The notes below the pieces were generated by a model, which was not told the origin of the DNA, did no database searches, and worked only from the letters and a program-made list of their open reading frames with translations. A stretch of 64,000 nt of DNA, taken from NCBI GenBank assembly GCA_038087875.1, contig CM075988.1, forward strand, positions 7,132,001 through 7,196,000, written 5' to 3'. The translations under genes were made by a program, and so were the position numbers. Below are positions 36,397 through 47,732 of the stretch, in pieces. Origin of the DNA: Malacoraja senta (lineage: Eukaryota). The first letter of the stretch is position 1, and the number at the start of each line of letters is the position of its first letter.

Positions 36397-37514
36397 ACAA
36401 AGGTTGTAGGTTTCAACCAAAAGATCCAATTTGTATGAACAAGGGCAGAAAAGTGTGTTAAGGATGTGATTAGATGCATACCTGACGCACTTATGTATAT
36501 GGTTCACAGAATAGGTTAACTAGGTGATATTTCACTTGGAAAAAGTGGTTAAAGACACTTTAGGATCCTGAGCTTTCTAAGTGGAGGCATAGGTAAGTAC
36601 AAGAGCAAGGAAGGAATGGTGAACCACTGGATTAGCTACAATTGGAAGAATGTATCTTGGCATCACACTTTAGGAAATATGTGAAGGGTTTAGAGAGCAT
36701 GAGAAAATATATATTCTGGAGATGACGGGCTTTTGTGGCACGGATGGAGTGGAAGTGGAGGTTGCTCTCCTGAGAATCAAGAAGGATACAAGTAAAGCCG
36801 AGAGATAGTTAAAGACATGAAGTGGGTATAGAGGAACAGTTCCGATCAGTGGAGAAGGCACATTGAATGAAGGTGATTGGCAAAAGAATCAAAAGTAACA
36901 AGGAAAGTCTATTGGTATAAATAGTTAGAATATAGAATATTGTAGTTAGAATATGGAATTTATTGTTGGAGTCGGATTTTGTGGTAAGATTCGAAAAGGT
37001 AGCTGGGCAATTATCTGAAAGGAAGGAATTTTCATAAGCTCTGTTTGCATATGGTTGCCACAGATGTGATGGGTCATTTGGCCTCGTACTGTAACCATTC
37101 TATGAAACGTTCTCCAAGGCGATTTGGGAAAAGCTATTTCACCTATCTTTGACATAAACAGGTGCAAATGCAACCAATTTTTAGAGAAACAAGGAACTGC
37201 AGATGCTAGTTTACAAAAAAAGACACAAAGTGCTGGAGGTAACTCAGCGGGTCAGGCAGTATCTCTGGAGAACCTGGATAGGTGATGTTTATGGTTTTGG
37301 GACTCTTCTACAGACTGATAGTAGGGGGTTGTTGTGAGAGAGCTGGTAGAGAGGAGGGGGAAGACAAAGCCTGGTGAGTGTTACGTAGATAGACACAAAA
37401 TGCTGGGGTAACTCAGTGGGACAGGCAGCATCTCTGGAGAGAAGGAATGGGTGACGTTTCTTCAGATATAGATGGGGGTGGGGCATCTATTCTTCAGATA
37501 TAGATGGGAGGTGT

Positions 37515-38806
37515 TTATCACTTTTATTACCTATAGTCAATAACCCTTCGTTTAATCCTTCTATTATAGATAAAGCTTATACACAATGGGATAGATTAGG
37601 AATTAAAACGCTTGGTGACTTGTATGAAACTGGAAAATTACTTTCATTTCAACAATTACAAATAAAATATAAACTCGGAAATAATCAATATTTTAAATAT
37701 TTTCAAATATGCGACTATTTGAAAAAATATACAAAAGATCATTATAATAACCCAGCAGATGTACTGGACGAGGCAATGCAGATAAAAGCGGAATCAGCAA
37801 ACTTAATATCATATTTGTATAATATTATCTTAAATGCACAAATACCATCTACGGAGGGTATCAGAAGAGACTGGGAACAAGAGTTAGCTATTAAAATTTC
37901 AAAGGAAAGTTGGAATGAATACTTATTAAACGTGCATAAATGCTCGATTAATGTAAGACACACTTTAATACAATTTAAAATTTTACATAGATTATATTAT
38001 TCGAAAACTAAAATTCATAAAATTTTCCCAAATGTATCATCTATTTGTGATAAATGTTAATCCCAAGAAGCTACCATAACGCACTCATTCGTTTCTTGTA
38101 CAAAAATTCAAAAATTTTGGAATGAAATTTTTGAAATCTTTACAAAGTTATTTAAAACAAGACTGATACCCAAAGCAGAATGGATTATCTTCGGTATAAC
38201 GGAAGATGGTCCAGAACTAAATGTGTTTCAAAAGAAACTAATGGACTATGGGTTAATAACTGGAAAAAAGCTAATTCTAAAATTTTGGAAGAAGGCTCCA
38301 ATACTAACTATAAATATGTGGATTTCAAATATGTTTGAAACATTACACCTAGAAGAGATAAGACTCCTCCTAGCAGGTAAACCAGATCATTTCCACCTGA
38401 CGTGGTCTGCATTTATAGAATTATTACAAACATAGGGTGCAAAAGTACTTTAAAAAAAATTGAGGTCAGGTAAGGGGGGATGATAGTTGAAGAGTTGGTA
38501 TGTCCAATTTGCATAATGCTCATAAAAATATTTGTTTCTCTCTTTTTCCTCTTTCTCTCTTTCTTTCTTTCCTAGGGTCTATTTCTTAACTCTTTTTCTT
38601 TTGTTTTTAATTTTGCTCTTATAGGGTCTTCGTCCTTTTTTGTTGTCACATTTCCTACACTTCCACTTTTTCCTTCACTTTCTTCTTTCTTTCAATCTTT
38701 TCCTTTTCTAGTGTAAAAAATAAATGGAGTACATTAATTGTAAGAAGATATAAATGACAAGTACTAATGTATGTGGTTGTAATGTAATGTACTTCTAATA
38801 AAATAC

Positions 38807-38842
<36 letters not shown>
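37515..38842 (+). mobile_element. L1-clade LINE 3' fragment (ORF2 C-terminus with CCHC zinc knuckle, 3'UTR, poly(A))
   Basis: QFKILHRLYYSKTKIHKIFPNVSSICDKC*SQEATITHSFVSCTKIQKFW; AATAAA at 38797-38802 and a pure A30 tail at 38813-38842. Confidence 0.9.
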
Positions 38843-38846
<4 letters not shown>

Positions 38847-39186
38847 GAGAGGAATAGATCGGGTAGATGCACAGAGTCTCTTGAGTCCCAGAGTAGGTGA
38901 ATCGAGGTCCTGAGGACATAGGTTTAAAGTGAAGGGGAAAAGATTTAATAGGAATCTGAGGGGTAACTTTTTCACACAAAGGGTGGTGGGTGTATGAGCT
39001 GCCAGAGGAGATAGTCTATCCCAACGTTTAAGAAACAGTTAGACAAGTACATGGATAGGACAGGTTTGGGGGGAGTTGGACCAAATGCTGGCAGGTGGGA
39101 CTAGTATAGCTGGGCCATGTTGGCCAGTGTGGGCAAGTTGGGCCGAAGGGCCTGTGCCCACGCTGTATCACTCCGAGTCTATGACA
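38843..39186 (+). mobile_element. CR1 3' end fragment (target of the L1 insertion)
   Basis: Homologous to 55385-55745 and to the reverse complement of 56458-56830. Confidence 0.8.
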
Positions 39187-40274
39187 CAGCTATTGTATAA
39201 AACTCCTGTTTACATAATACAGCAGATGGACGAGTCACAAGGGCACCATCTCAACAGGAACTCAACAACCTCCATCAAAAGCATTTAGAAATCAGGTTAA
39301 GTATAAGGCAAATCAAATACAGCTGTTAGATTCAAATTGAAGGACCAGATTTGATTTCACTGCAGTGTACCTTGTCAATCACAGTCATTATGAACAAACT
39401 GCCTCCATGTTGGCTTTTGAACCTTCTATAGACCTTATTCATTGTTTTGAAGAAACAAAACAATTCTGAAAACGTCACCCATTCCTTCCCTCCAGCGATG
39501 CTGCATGTCCCGCTGAGTTACTCCAGCATTGGTCCATCTTTGGTTTAAACCAGCATCTGCAGTTCCTTCCTACACATTATTCATTGTTTTATTTGGTGGG
39601 TCAATTACTAATTGTTAACTGTTTATCGTTCCACAACTACCCTCTAACCTACTGAATATTTCCAGCCTGATTCCTTTTACTTCACTATATGTTCTTGAAG
39701 TGGGCGATGTCATTAGAGAACTCTGCGAGCTGCACTTTAAAATTCCCTGGTGCAAAAGGCAGTAGTGAGATACCAGATTAAATAACAGGATTTAGGTGGT
39801 TATTTTCACATGACCATGTCACACAGTGAAAGCTTTGTTTTGCATGCTATCCAAATAGATTAGATTATGGGTAATAATAGATTAGACAGTCTGAAGAAGG
39901 GTCTCGCCCCGAAACATTCCTTCTCTCCAGAGATGCTGACTGTCCCGTTGAGTTACTCCAGCTTTTTGTGTCTATATTCAGATTAGAGAACACTATACAT
40001 AAATACAATCAAGTCATTTTCCCTCTCATCCCCATTCTCCTGTCCTGTCCCCGTAACCTTTGACACCCTTACTAAGCAAGAACCCAATCAATCTCCTTTT
40101 TAAACATACCAAATGAATTGGCCTCCACAGCCGTCGATAGCAATAAATTCCACAGATTCACCACCCTCTGGACAAAGAAATCCTTCCTCATCTCCTTTCC
40201 TTCTATTCTGAAGCTGCGCCTTCTGGTCCTAGACTCTCCTACTACTGAAAATGCCCTCGCCACGTCCCTCCACA

Positions 40275-40495
40275 GATACTGACTGACCTGCTGACTGAAC
40301 CGCAGATGCTGGTTTAAACCCAAGATAGACACAAATTGTTGGAGCAACTCAGTGGGACAGGCAGCATCTCTGGAGAGAAGAAATGGGTGACGTTTCGGGT
40401 CTGAAGAAGGGTCTCGACCCAAAACGTCACCAATTCCTTTTCTCCAGAGATGCTGCCTGTCCCACTGAGTTACTCCAGCATTTTGTGTCTGTCTA
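40275..40495. repeat. Head-to-head pair of Penelope/hammerhead short repeats
   Basis: - copy 40275-40400 directly joined to + copy 40401-40495. Confidence 0.8.
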
Positions 40496-42039
40496 TGATG
40501 ATGGGCCTTTGGTTTGTCTATTGTTTCTCATTTGAGGGTTTTGCAGAACAATGAGATATCTTCCTACAGTAAAATTCTGATAATCTGGGACATTAGCGGT
40601 GCCAGGTTTGCAGATGTTTTGGACTGTTACTGTACTGTACTTTTGCATGGTACAGTAGTAACATGCAAAAGCAAATGAATGCAGGAACTGGGTACTGATT
40701 GTGGATGATCAGCCATGATGACATTGAATGGCGGTGCTGGATCGAAGGGCCGATTGGCCTACTCCTACACCTATTGTCTATTGTCATGTATAATACATTT
40801 TCTCGTGAACCCAGTGAGTTGAAAGAGAGTTGGAATAATATCAGCATTCTGGATCCCGACTCTGGCCATGAAAATCCCCACGTGCCTGAACATGAACCAT
40901 GCATCGGTTTGAAGAAGGGTCCCGACCTGAAATGTCACCTATCTATTTTCTCCAGAGATGCTGCCTGACCTGCTGAGTTACTCCAGCACTTCGTGTCTTT
41001 TTTTGTAAGACAGGATTTGCAGTCCCTTATTTCTACATGTAGAATAGTCAGCACAGGAAAGGACCCTTTGGCCACAATTTACTTGACCTTTTGTGTTCTA
41101 GAACTCAGCGCTGGCTCTGTCTGCAACCACCACCACTTATACTCTTGACCCTTGACACAGTCCAGACTAACGACTGAGCATGATACCAGAACTTTTAAAC
41201 AATGAGATGCAATTGGAGTTTTACTGTAGGTGATCTCTGATTATCTATCTTATATACAGGGAGAGAAGGGATTACTCAGGAGCGAACACAATCCAATGTT
41301 GCCACTGAATTTTTACACAGAATATCGTCTATTAAAATGTTAATGTAATCCAGTATTGATGTCACCATTCAGAGTGCAGGGCAGATCTTTCCATTTGAAA
41401 ACCCCAAAACTGCAGGCAGACTTTTGACATTTATTTAGACCAGTGATGGACATGGGTTTTAGGAACTAGGGGTACGCTAAGGTCCGTGAGACTGAGGTTG
41501 GGAAGGAAGGGGAGGAGGGGATTTTTTTTTAATGTGCGATCATACCCATGTAAGAGTACAAGAATGCATAACTTGTTTATTGTGTATTTGTAATAGTTTA
41601 TTGTGTATTATATGTCACAGCTGCTTTCTTGCATTAGAGACAGCGGTTGATTGGCCGCCAAATAATCGGGCACAAAAAATTGACAAATAGGAAAACAATA
41701 AAATCGGAATTCCGATTTAAATCAGAAGAATGTCATGCCTAATCTGCAGCAAAGATACTAGTATCCGCTCTGGTATCTTTGATCTGCATTTCCTTCCTAT
41801 TGAAGAAGAACCCTGGCCCAAAACAACTCCTAATCCATTCCCTCCACAGATGCTGCCTAGCCCGCTGAGTTCCTCCAGCACTGTGTTTTTTATTTAACTC
41901 TGAAATTGAAGATAGACATAAAGCTAGAGTCACTCAGCAGGACAGGCAGCGACTCTGGAGAGAAGACCCTTCTTCAGACGGAACTGAACTCTCGTCGGTG
42001 AGAGTACTTGTGATTGTCTGAAGAAGGGTCTTGACCCGA

Positions 42040-42900
42040 AAAGCCACCCACTCCCGGAGCCACCGCTCGTCCTGCTGAGCCACCCCAGCCCCCTCCCCCC
42101 CCCCCCCCGGGTCCACCTTCAACTCCAGAGCCAAACAAAAAACACAGAGTGCTGGACGAACTCAGTAGGCCAGGCGGCATCTGTGAAGGAAACGGACCAC
42201 GAGCCGCCACGGGCCAGGGCTCCCCCCCTACAGGAAGGAACCGCAGATGCAGCCGTCCCCGCAGAACGGCAAATGATTTCGGGAATGCCGAGGCGAGAGG
42301 GAGTGAGAGAGCGAGAGAGAGACGAGATGGGGAGCGAGAGGGAGCGTGCGAGAGAGAGAGGGAGGGTGGGAGAGAGCAAAAGACAGAGACACAGCGAGAG
42401 AGGGAGATACGATGAGGGATGGAGGGAGAGAGAGGGGAGAGAGGAGAGAGAGAGAGGGAGAGCGAGAGAATAATAAAATAGCGTGGGTGAATGACTTGAC
42501 CTGCACACCAGAAGAAGCCCGTGCTCACGGTCCGGAGCCCTCAATGACAGTGAGTTAAGAAATTCTCCCGTGAATTTTATTCAAAGGAACACGGTATCAT
42601 TAATACTTGGTCAAAACACAATTACATGTACTGAGGAATGTGGATCGATGTATTGACGACACATTGTATAACTACGTGTCAACTACTGGCTGTTAACAAG
42701 TGCTAACAGTGGTAGTTAACAAATCATTTTCATCTCATGGGCGGTGCAGCGTGACTCGTAACGATTATCCATGGTCGTTTAAAAAAATAAATCCGTATTT
42801 AACAACTCTGACTCCCTTCTAGTACAGAAATTGGATATAAACTGGAAACTGAAAAGTAGGGGAACGCCGTCCCCCTGCGTTCCCCCCCCCCCCCCCATTT
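42040..42900. promoter_or_regulatory. CpG-retaining, GA-microsatellite-containing intronic region; candidate internal promoter and alternative first exon ending at 42549
   Basis: Local CpG enrichment even in repeat-derived sequence; GA-rich tract 42295-42470; donor ACA|GTGAGT at 42550. Confidence 0.45.
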
Positions 42901-42927
42901 CCATCACTGGTTTAGACCTTTTCAGAG

Positions 42928-43228
42928 TTTTAGAGATACAGCAATGGAAACAGGCCCTTCAATCCACTAAGTCCATGCCGACCATCCATCACCCCGTACA
43001 CTGGCACTATCTTACACGCCAGGGACAATTTACAATATACAGAAGCTGATTAACCTACAAACCTGCACGTCTTTGGAGTGTTGCAGGAAACCGGAGCACC
43101 CGGAGAAAACCCACATGGTCACAAGGAGAACGTACACATTTCGTACAGACAGCACCCGTAGTCAGGAACAAACCCGAGTCTTTGACTTTGTAAGGCAGCA
43201 ATTCTATCTCTGTGCCACTGTGCCACAC
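42928..43228 (-). mobile_element. HE1/V-SINE-like SINE
   Basis: Family body and tail. Confidence 0.78.
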
Positions 43229-43593
43229 TGTGCAGGGAGGGTACAGGAAGTCTGAAATAAAAGAAGAGAGAACAGCCTTGCCAAATGAAGTTTGAAAAAG
43301 TAGGCTTTCTGTTTCCCACCCATTACTTGGGACTTTGTCACTGATATTTGCATAGAACAATCAAATCCAATTGCAGATCTCCCCATTGCATGTATATGTG
43401 ATATTCCATCAAAGGCCATCTCCTGATCCAAGCTGATTAACCAAGCCTCCAACCTCATGCCCTCGCCGTTGATAATTAGTCACATCCCAAGTAGAGCAAG
43501 GTAGTCTCCCACCATCCCCGCCAGTCTGAATGTAATCTTCCCCGGGATTACCAGCTCCACAACAGATCGAGAGTCAAGAGTGTTTTATTGTCA

Positions 43594-43921
43594 ACAGTGG
43601 CGCAGCGATAGAGTTGCTGCCTTACAGCTCCAGAGACCCGGGTTCGATCCTGACTGTGGTGTGCTGTCTATGAGTGAATGTATATCTAACAAACTATGGG
43701 TGCTGTCTGTTTGGAGTTTGTACATTCTCCCTGTGACCGTGTGGGTTATTTCCCGGTGCTCCAGTTTCCTCCCATGCTTCAAAGACGTACAAGTTTGTTG
43801 GTTAATTGGCTTCAGTAAAATTATTAATTATCCCTAGTGCGTAGGATAGTGTACGGGGTGATCGCTGGTCGGTACATATTCAGTGGGCCAAAGGGCTTTT
43901 TTCATCACTGTGTCTCTAAAG
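43594..43921 (+). mobile_element. HE1/V-SINE-like SINE with internal duplication of GTGCTGTCT
   Basis: GGTTCGATCC B box; V-domain. Confidence 0.78.
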
Positions 43922-43952
43922 TATGTCCCAAAAAGGAAAAATGATATTCTTA

Positions 43953-44462
43953 ACTGCCTGTCCCACTTGGGCGACCTAATTTGCGAGTATAGAAGAGTTT
44001 AAAAAAATGCCACGTTGAAGACCTCCTTCGACTATGTAGAAGACTAGCTATGACTAGCTACGACTAACTTCGGGAAAATTGGACACCGAATAGTGGAGAG
44101 TTAAGACGACCTCCTTCGATCTCCTTCGACCTCCCTTCGACCATGATGAAGACTATCTACGACTACCTTCGACTACCTACGACTACCTACGAGTAACATG
44201 GCGACCTACTACGACTAAACCTACGAGTAAAAACAGTATCGATTTTTTTCATGGCGACCTTTTTTTACTCGCGGGCATTTTTTATCATATTGAAAAAAAC
44301 GCCGCGACCTAGCTGAGGCCTCGAGTATGCGGAGACCATTCTCGAGAATGAAGGAGAGTTACGAAGACCTCCTATGACCTCGTGACGACCATGCTGTGAG
44401 TATGATTCGAGGGCAAACTCGCCAGAACTCGCCAATTAGGTCGCCCAAGTGGGACAGGCCCT
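43953..44462. mobile_element. PIF/Harbinger-type MITE, long variant with internal (CGACTAC)-like repeats
   Basis: TIR (ACT)GCCTGTCCCACTTGGGCGACCTAATT / AATTAGGTCGCCCAAGTGGGACAGGCCCT; TTA duplication at 43950-52 and 44463-65. Confidence 0.85.
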
Positions 44463-44625
44463 TTACTAGGAGCAGCAGCACAACTGGTTTGTTAACACAG
44501 CACTCAATAGATAACATAATAAACAACAAAAAAACAAGTTCCATAAATAAAGAGGACAATATAATGCATAAACTAAACAGAACCTGAAGTACCCTAGTGT
44601 AACACAGGCAGTTCAGAGTTTAGTT

Positions 44626-45596
44626 AATATTAATAATAATAATTCATTTTATTTACTGGCACCTTTCTAAAACCCAAGGACATCTTACAAGGCATAGAAT
44701 CACAAAAATACAAAACACATAATCGGAATAAATTAAATATAAAAACACCACAGTACACAAATCAAGGACAGAATTCAAGTACAAAAGCACAAAAAGAAAA
44801 TAAGAAACACAATTTGAGGAGAGAGCAGCGGCGACCAATTCGCGCCAGCGTCCACTCTCCCCTCCGACCGCCATCTTGCACACAGACTAACAGGCACAGC
44901 ACACAAAAATCATCCCCCCACAATGACCACCACTGTGGGGGAAGGCACAATGTCCAGTCCCCAACCCCAGTTCTCCCCAGAGTCAGGCCCATCGAGGCCA
45001 CCACAGTTGCCTCTACGGAGGCCCGATGTTCCCGGCCGTCGGGAGAGTCCTCGCAGCGGCTGGAACGGCCGGTTTCCCAGCGGAGTCCATGGCACCTGAA
45101 GCCGACAGGGCCGCGCTGATTTGGAGCCATGAGGCTCCCGATGTAAAAGTCGGCGCGGCCGCCCGCGGCTGGTCGCTCCGCAGTCCCGCAGCCCGGAGGT
45201 GTTGATGTCGGCGGTCACCGCATACCGGAGCTCCAGCGCGTCGATCCAGCGCGGCGACCCAGGCAAGGCATCGCCGGCTCCGCTCCGCTCCACGATAGCG
45301 CTCCAGCGCTGTGCCGCCGACCGAAGCTGAAGGTGCTGGGCGGTCCCCGTCAGGAAACGGCGCTCCAGGCCCGCTGGTAGGCCACGAGGACGGGTCGACG
45401 AGGCAGCCTGGAGAAACAGCTGCCTCACCGACCAGGTAGGGACCCAGAAATAGTTTCCCCCTTACCCCCCCCACATTAAAAGTAAAAATTCCCCAAACAA
45501 ACAAAGAAATAAAAAAAGCTAAAACTAAAGAAAAAGTGAATTTGACGGACGGCTGCTGTTTAGCAGCCGTTCCTCCAAGATGGCGGCTCCTCCTTC
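44626..45596 (-). mobile_element. GC-rich non-autonomous retroposon, copy B (L2-type tail, (ATT)n)
   Basis: Shared head and hairpin; GCCGCCATCTT and CAAGATGGCGG YY1-type motifs; tail TGTAAGATGTCCTTGGG...AAAGGTGCCAGTAAATAAAATG; possible AGTT target duplication. Confidence 0.72.
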
Positions 45597-46169
45597 AGTT
45601 GGAGTTTGTAGTGTTCTATAGCCTCATAGTTGTTGGGAAGAAGCTGCTCTGAACCTGGACACGTGTACGAAGGAACTGCAGATGCTGTTTTAAACCGAAG
45701 ATAGACACATAAAGCTGGAATGGACCGGCAGCATCTCAGGAGAGAGGGAATGGGTGACGTTAAGAAAGGTCTCGACCCGAAACATCACCCATCCCTTCTC
45801 TCCAGAGATGCTGCTTGTCCTGCTGAGTTACTCCAGCTTTTTGTGTCTATCTTCTGAACCTGGACATTACCGTTTTCAGACTTCAGATTAGACTCAACCA
45901 GCAATGACCTTGGCAATAATCCACATGAAGTAGTGAAATGAATCACCAATTTCTTCTCTCTTCCTCTTCTCCTTTCACCCAGTAGATGTGGGTGATAGTG
46001 AACTTCCTCTCATGTGTTCTGAAGTACTGCTAGGTGGAGATATCGCCCTGGCTTCCATCAGCAAGTCATCACAAAGCTCAATTTATTATATCTTGGACAA
46101 AAGGTGAACTTCAAATCTTCTGGTTGCACCTTTTAATACATTGATTTTCTTTCTTTTTTTTGTTTTCAG

Positions 46170-46251
46170 TGGAAGGATTAAAGGTGGTGGAGATAGAGAA
46201 GTGTAAGAATGATTTGAAGATACTTAAAGATGAACTGTCCTTGGGAAACAG
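46170..46251 (+). CDS. PDE9A: PDE9A-like coding exon 7: EGLKVVEIEKCKNDLKILKDELSLGN(R)
   Basis: Long T tract, ttcag|TG...AG|gtgaga, 82 nt; EGLKVVEIEKCK matches PDE9A. Confidence 0.96.
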
Positions 46252-46950
46252 GTGAGAGTCTTCAATAATTGCATAGCAGTTCATCCAAGATGAATGATTA
46301 TTGGGGGGGAAAGCTAATTCCAGCAACAGTACAAAATGTGGCAATAGGCTGCAATGTTAAACCTATTCTGGAGAACTCCACAAATCATCTTCAGGTAATG
46401 CTGTGGGAACTTGAATATCTATCAGTGAGGTCTGTTAAAGAAAAATTTAAAACACAACACAATGATCGGGTAAGACACTCATGACTTTATTTAAGAGCAC
46501 CAAATACAGAGATCACTGGGAATAATCTAAGAGATTGCTCTCTGAACAACGATTCATCTAATTATACAGAATTTTCCTTTGATGTGTTGTTTATTGTAGA
46601 AGGCATTTTTGAATTTTCTTCTATCCAAATGGTCTTATAACAAATATACTTCAAGCACCTCTGAAAGACACAGCGGAGTAAACAGCCCAATTCCACCCCA
46701 ATACAGATAAGCAAATGTCCTGTTACCGTTTCAACCTTATTTTAATGGTTTATGATTGCCATTTGTCCTTTGACAACAGAGAACAGAATCTGACTTAAAG
46801 TAGACTGCAGTAAGTGTCAGTTGCACATGCTCAGTTTCAACCTTCTTTAAAGCACAGAATTATTATAACATATGAAAACATTTTTAAGCGTTACCTATCC
46901 CTTGCTGTCTTCTTGAAGCTTTGTAATTTATTTTTGACAGGTCCACATGA

Positions 46951-47478
46951 TAGAAACATAGAAACATGGAAAATAGGTGCAGGAGGAGGCCATTCTGCTC
47001 TTCGAGCCAGCACCGCCATTCATTGTGATCATGGCTGATCGCCCCCAATCAATAACCCATGCCTGCCTTCTCCCCATATCCCTTGACTCCTCTAGCCCCT
47101 AGAGCTCTATCTAACTCTCTCTTAAATCCATCCAGTGATTTGGCCTCCACTGCCATCTGTGGCAGGGAATTCCACAAATTCACAACTCTCTGGGTGAAAA
47201 AGTTTTTTCTCACCTCAGTCTTTAATGGCCTCCCCTTTATTCTAAGACTGTGGCCCCTGGTTGTGGACTCGCCCAACATTGGGAACATTTTTTCTGCATC
47301 TAGCTTGTCCAGTCCTTTTATAATTTTATATGTTTCTATAAGATTCCCCCTCATCCTTCTAAACTCCAGTGAATACAAGCCTAGTCTTTTCAATCTTTCC
47401 TCATATGACAGTCCCGTCATCCCAGTGATCAATCTGGTGAAACCAAGCTGCACTGCCCCAATCACAAGGATGTCCTTC
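46951..47478 (-). mobile_element. CR1 3' fragment with intact C-terminal ORF
   Basis: ORF 47049..47483 GLSYEERLKRLGLYSLEFRRMRG...FFTQRVVNLWNSLP; (CATAGAAA)n tail. Confidence 0.9.
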
Positions 47479-47650
47479 ACCACTGTTGCACTCTGACAGT
47501 ATGTATTAGTTGGATGATACGTTTATGGAATGGGCTTTGAATCTACAACCATGTAATTTGGAGAAAAGAGAACTTGCACTTTGCCATCATTGGCATCATG
47601 CTGGAAAACAGCTGAGCTTTTCTAATTCTAACCATTCTTATTTCTGCCAG

Positions 47651-47732
47651 GTCAAACACACCTTCCAAACACACCATCATGGAAGACCCAAGGAAGCTGA
47701 CCCCACAACGTGATGTCCCCAAATATCCCAAG
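47651..47732 (+). CDS. PDE9A: PDE9A-like coding exon 8: SNTPSKHTIMEDPRKLTPQRDVPKYPK
   Basis: tgccag|G...AAG|gtaatt, 82 nt; aligns to KKLTPRRDVPTYPK. Confidence 0.93.

Noticed and set aside
41974..42558. Several 70-184 aa ORFs (SLSLS / RERE)
   Set aside because: Artefacts of the GA microsatellite.
45430..45442. CTACCTGG in GC-rich copies B and C, resembling the U1 snRNA 5' end
   Set aside because: Similarity does not extend beyond about 8 nt.
44762..45504. Overlapping Arg/Ala-rich ORFs of 100-172 aa; similar ones at 53128-53449 and 57025-57519
   Set aside because: Expected from high GC; not conserved between related copies.
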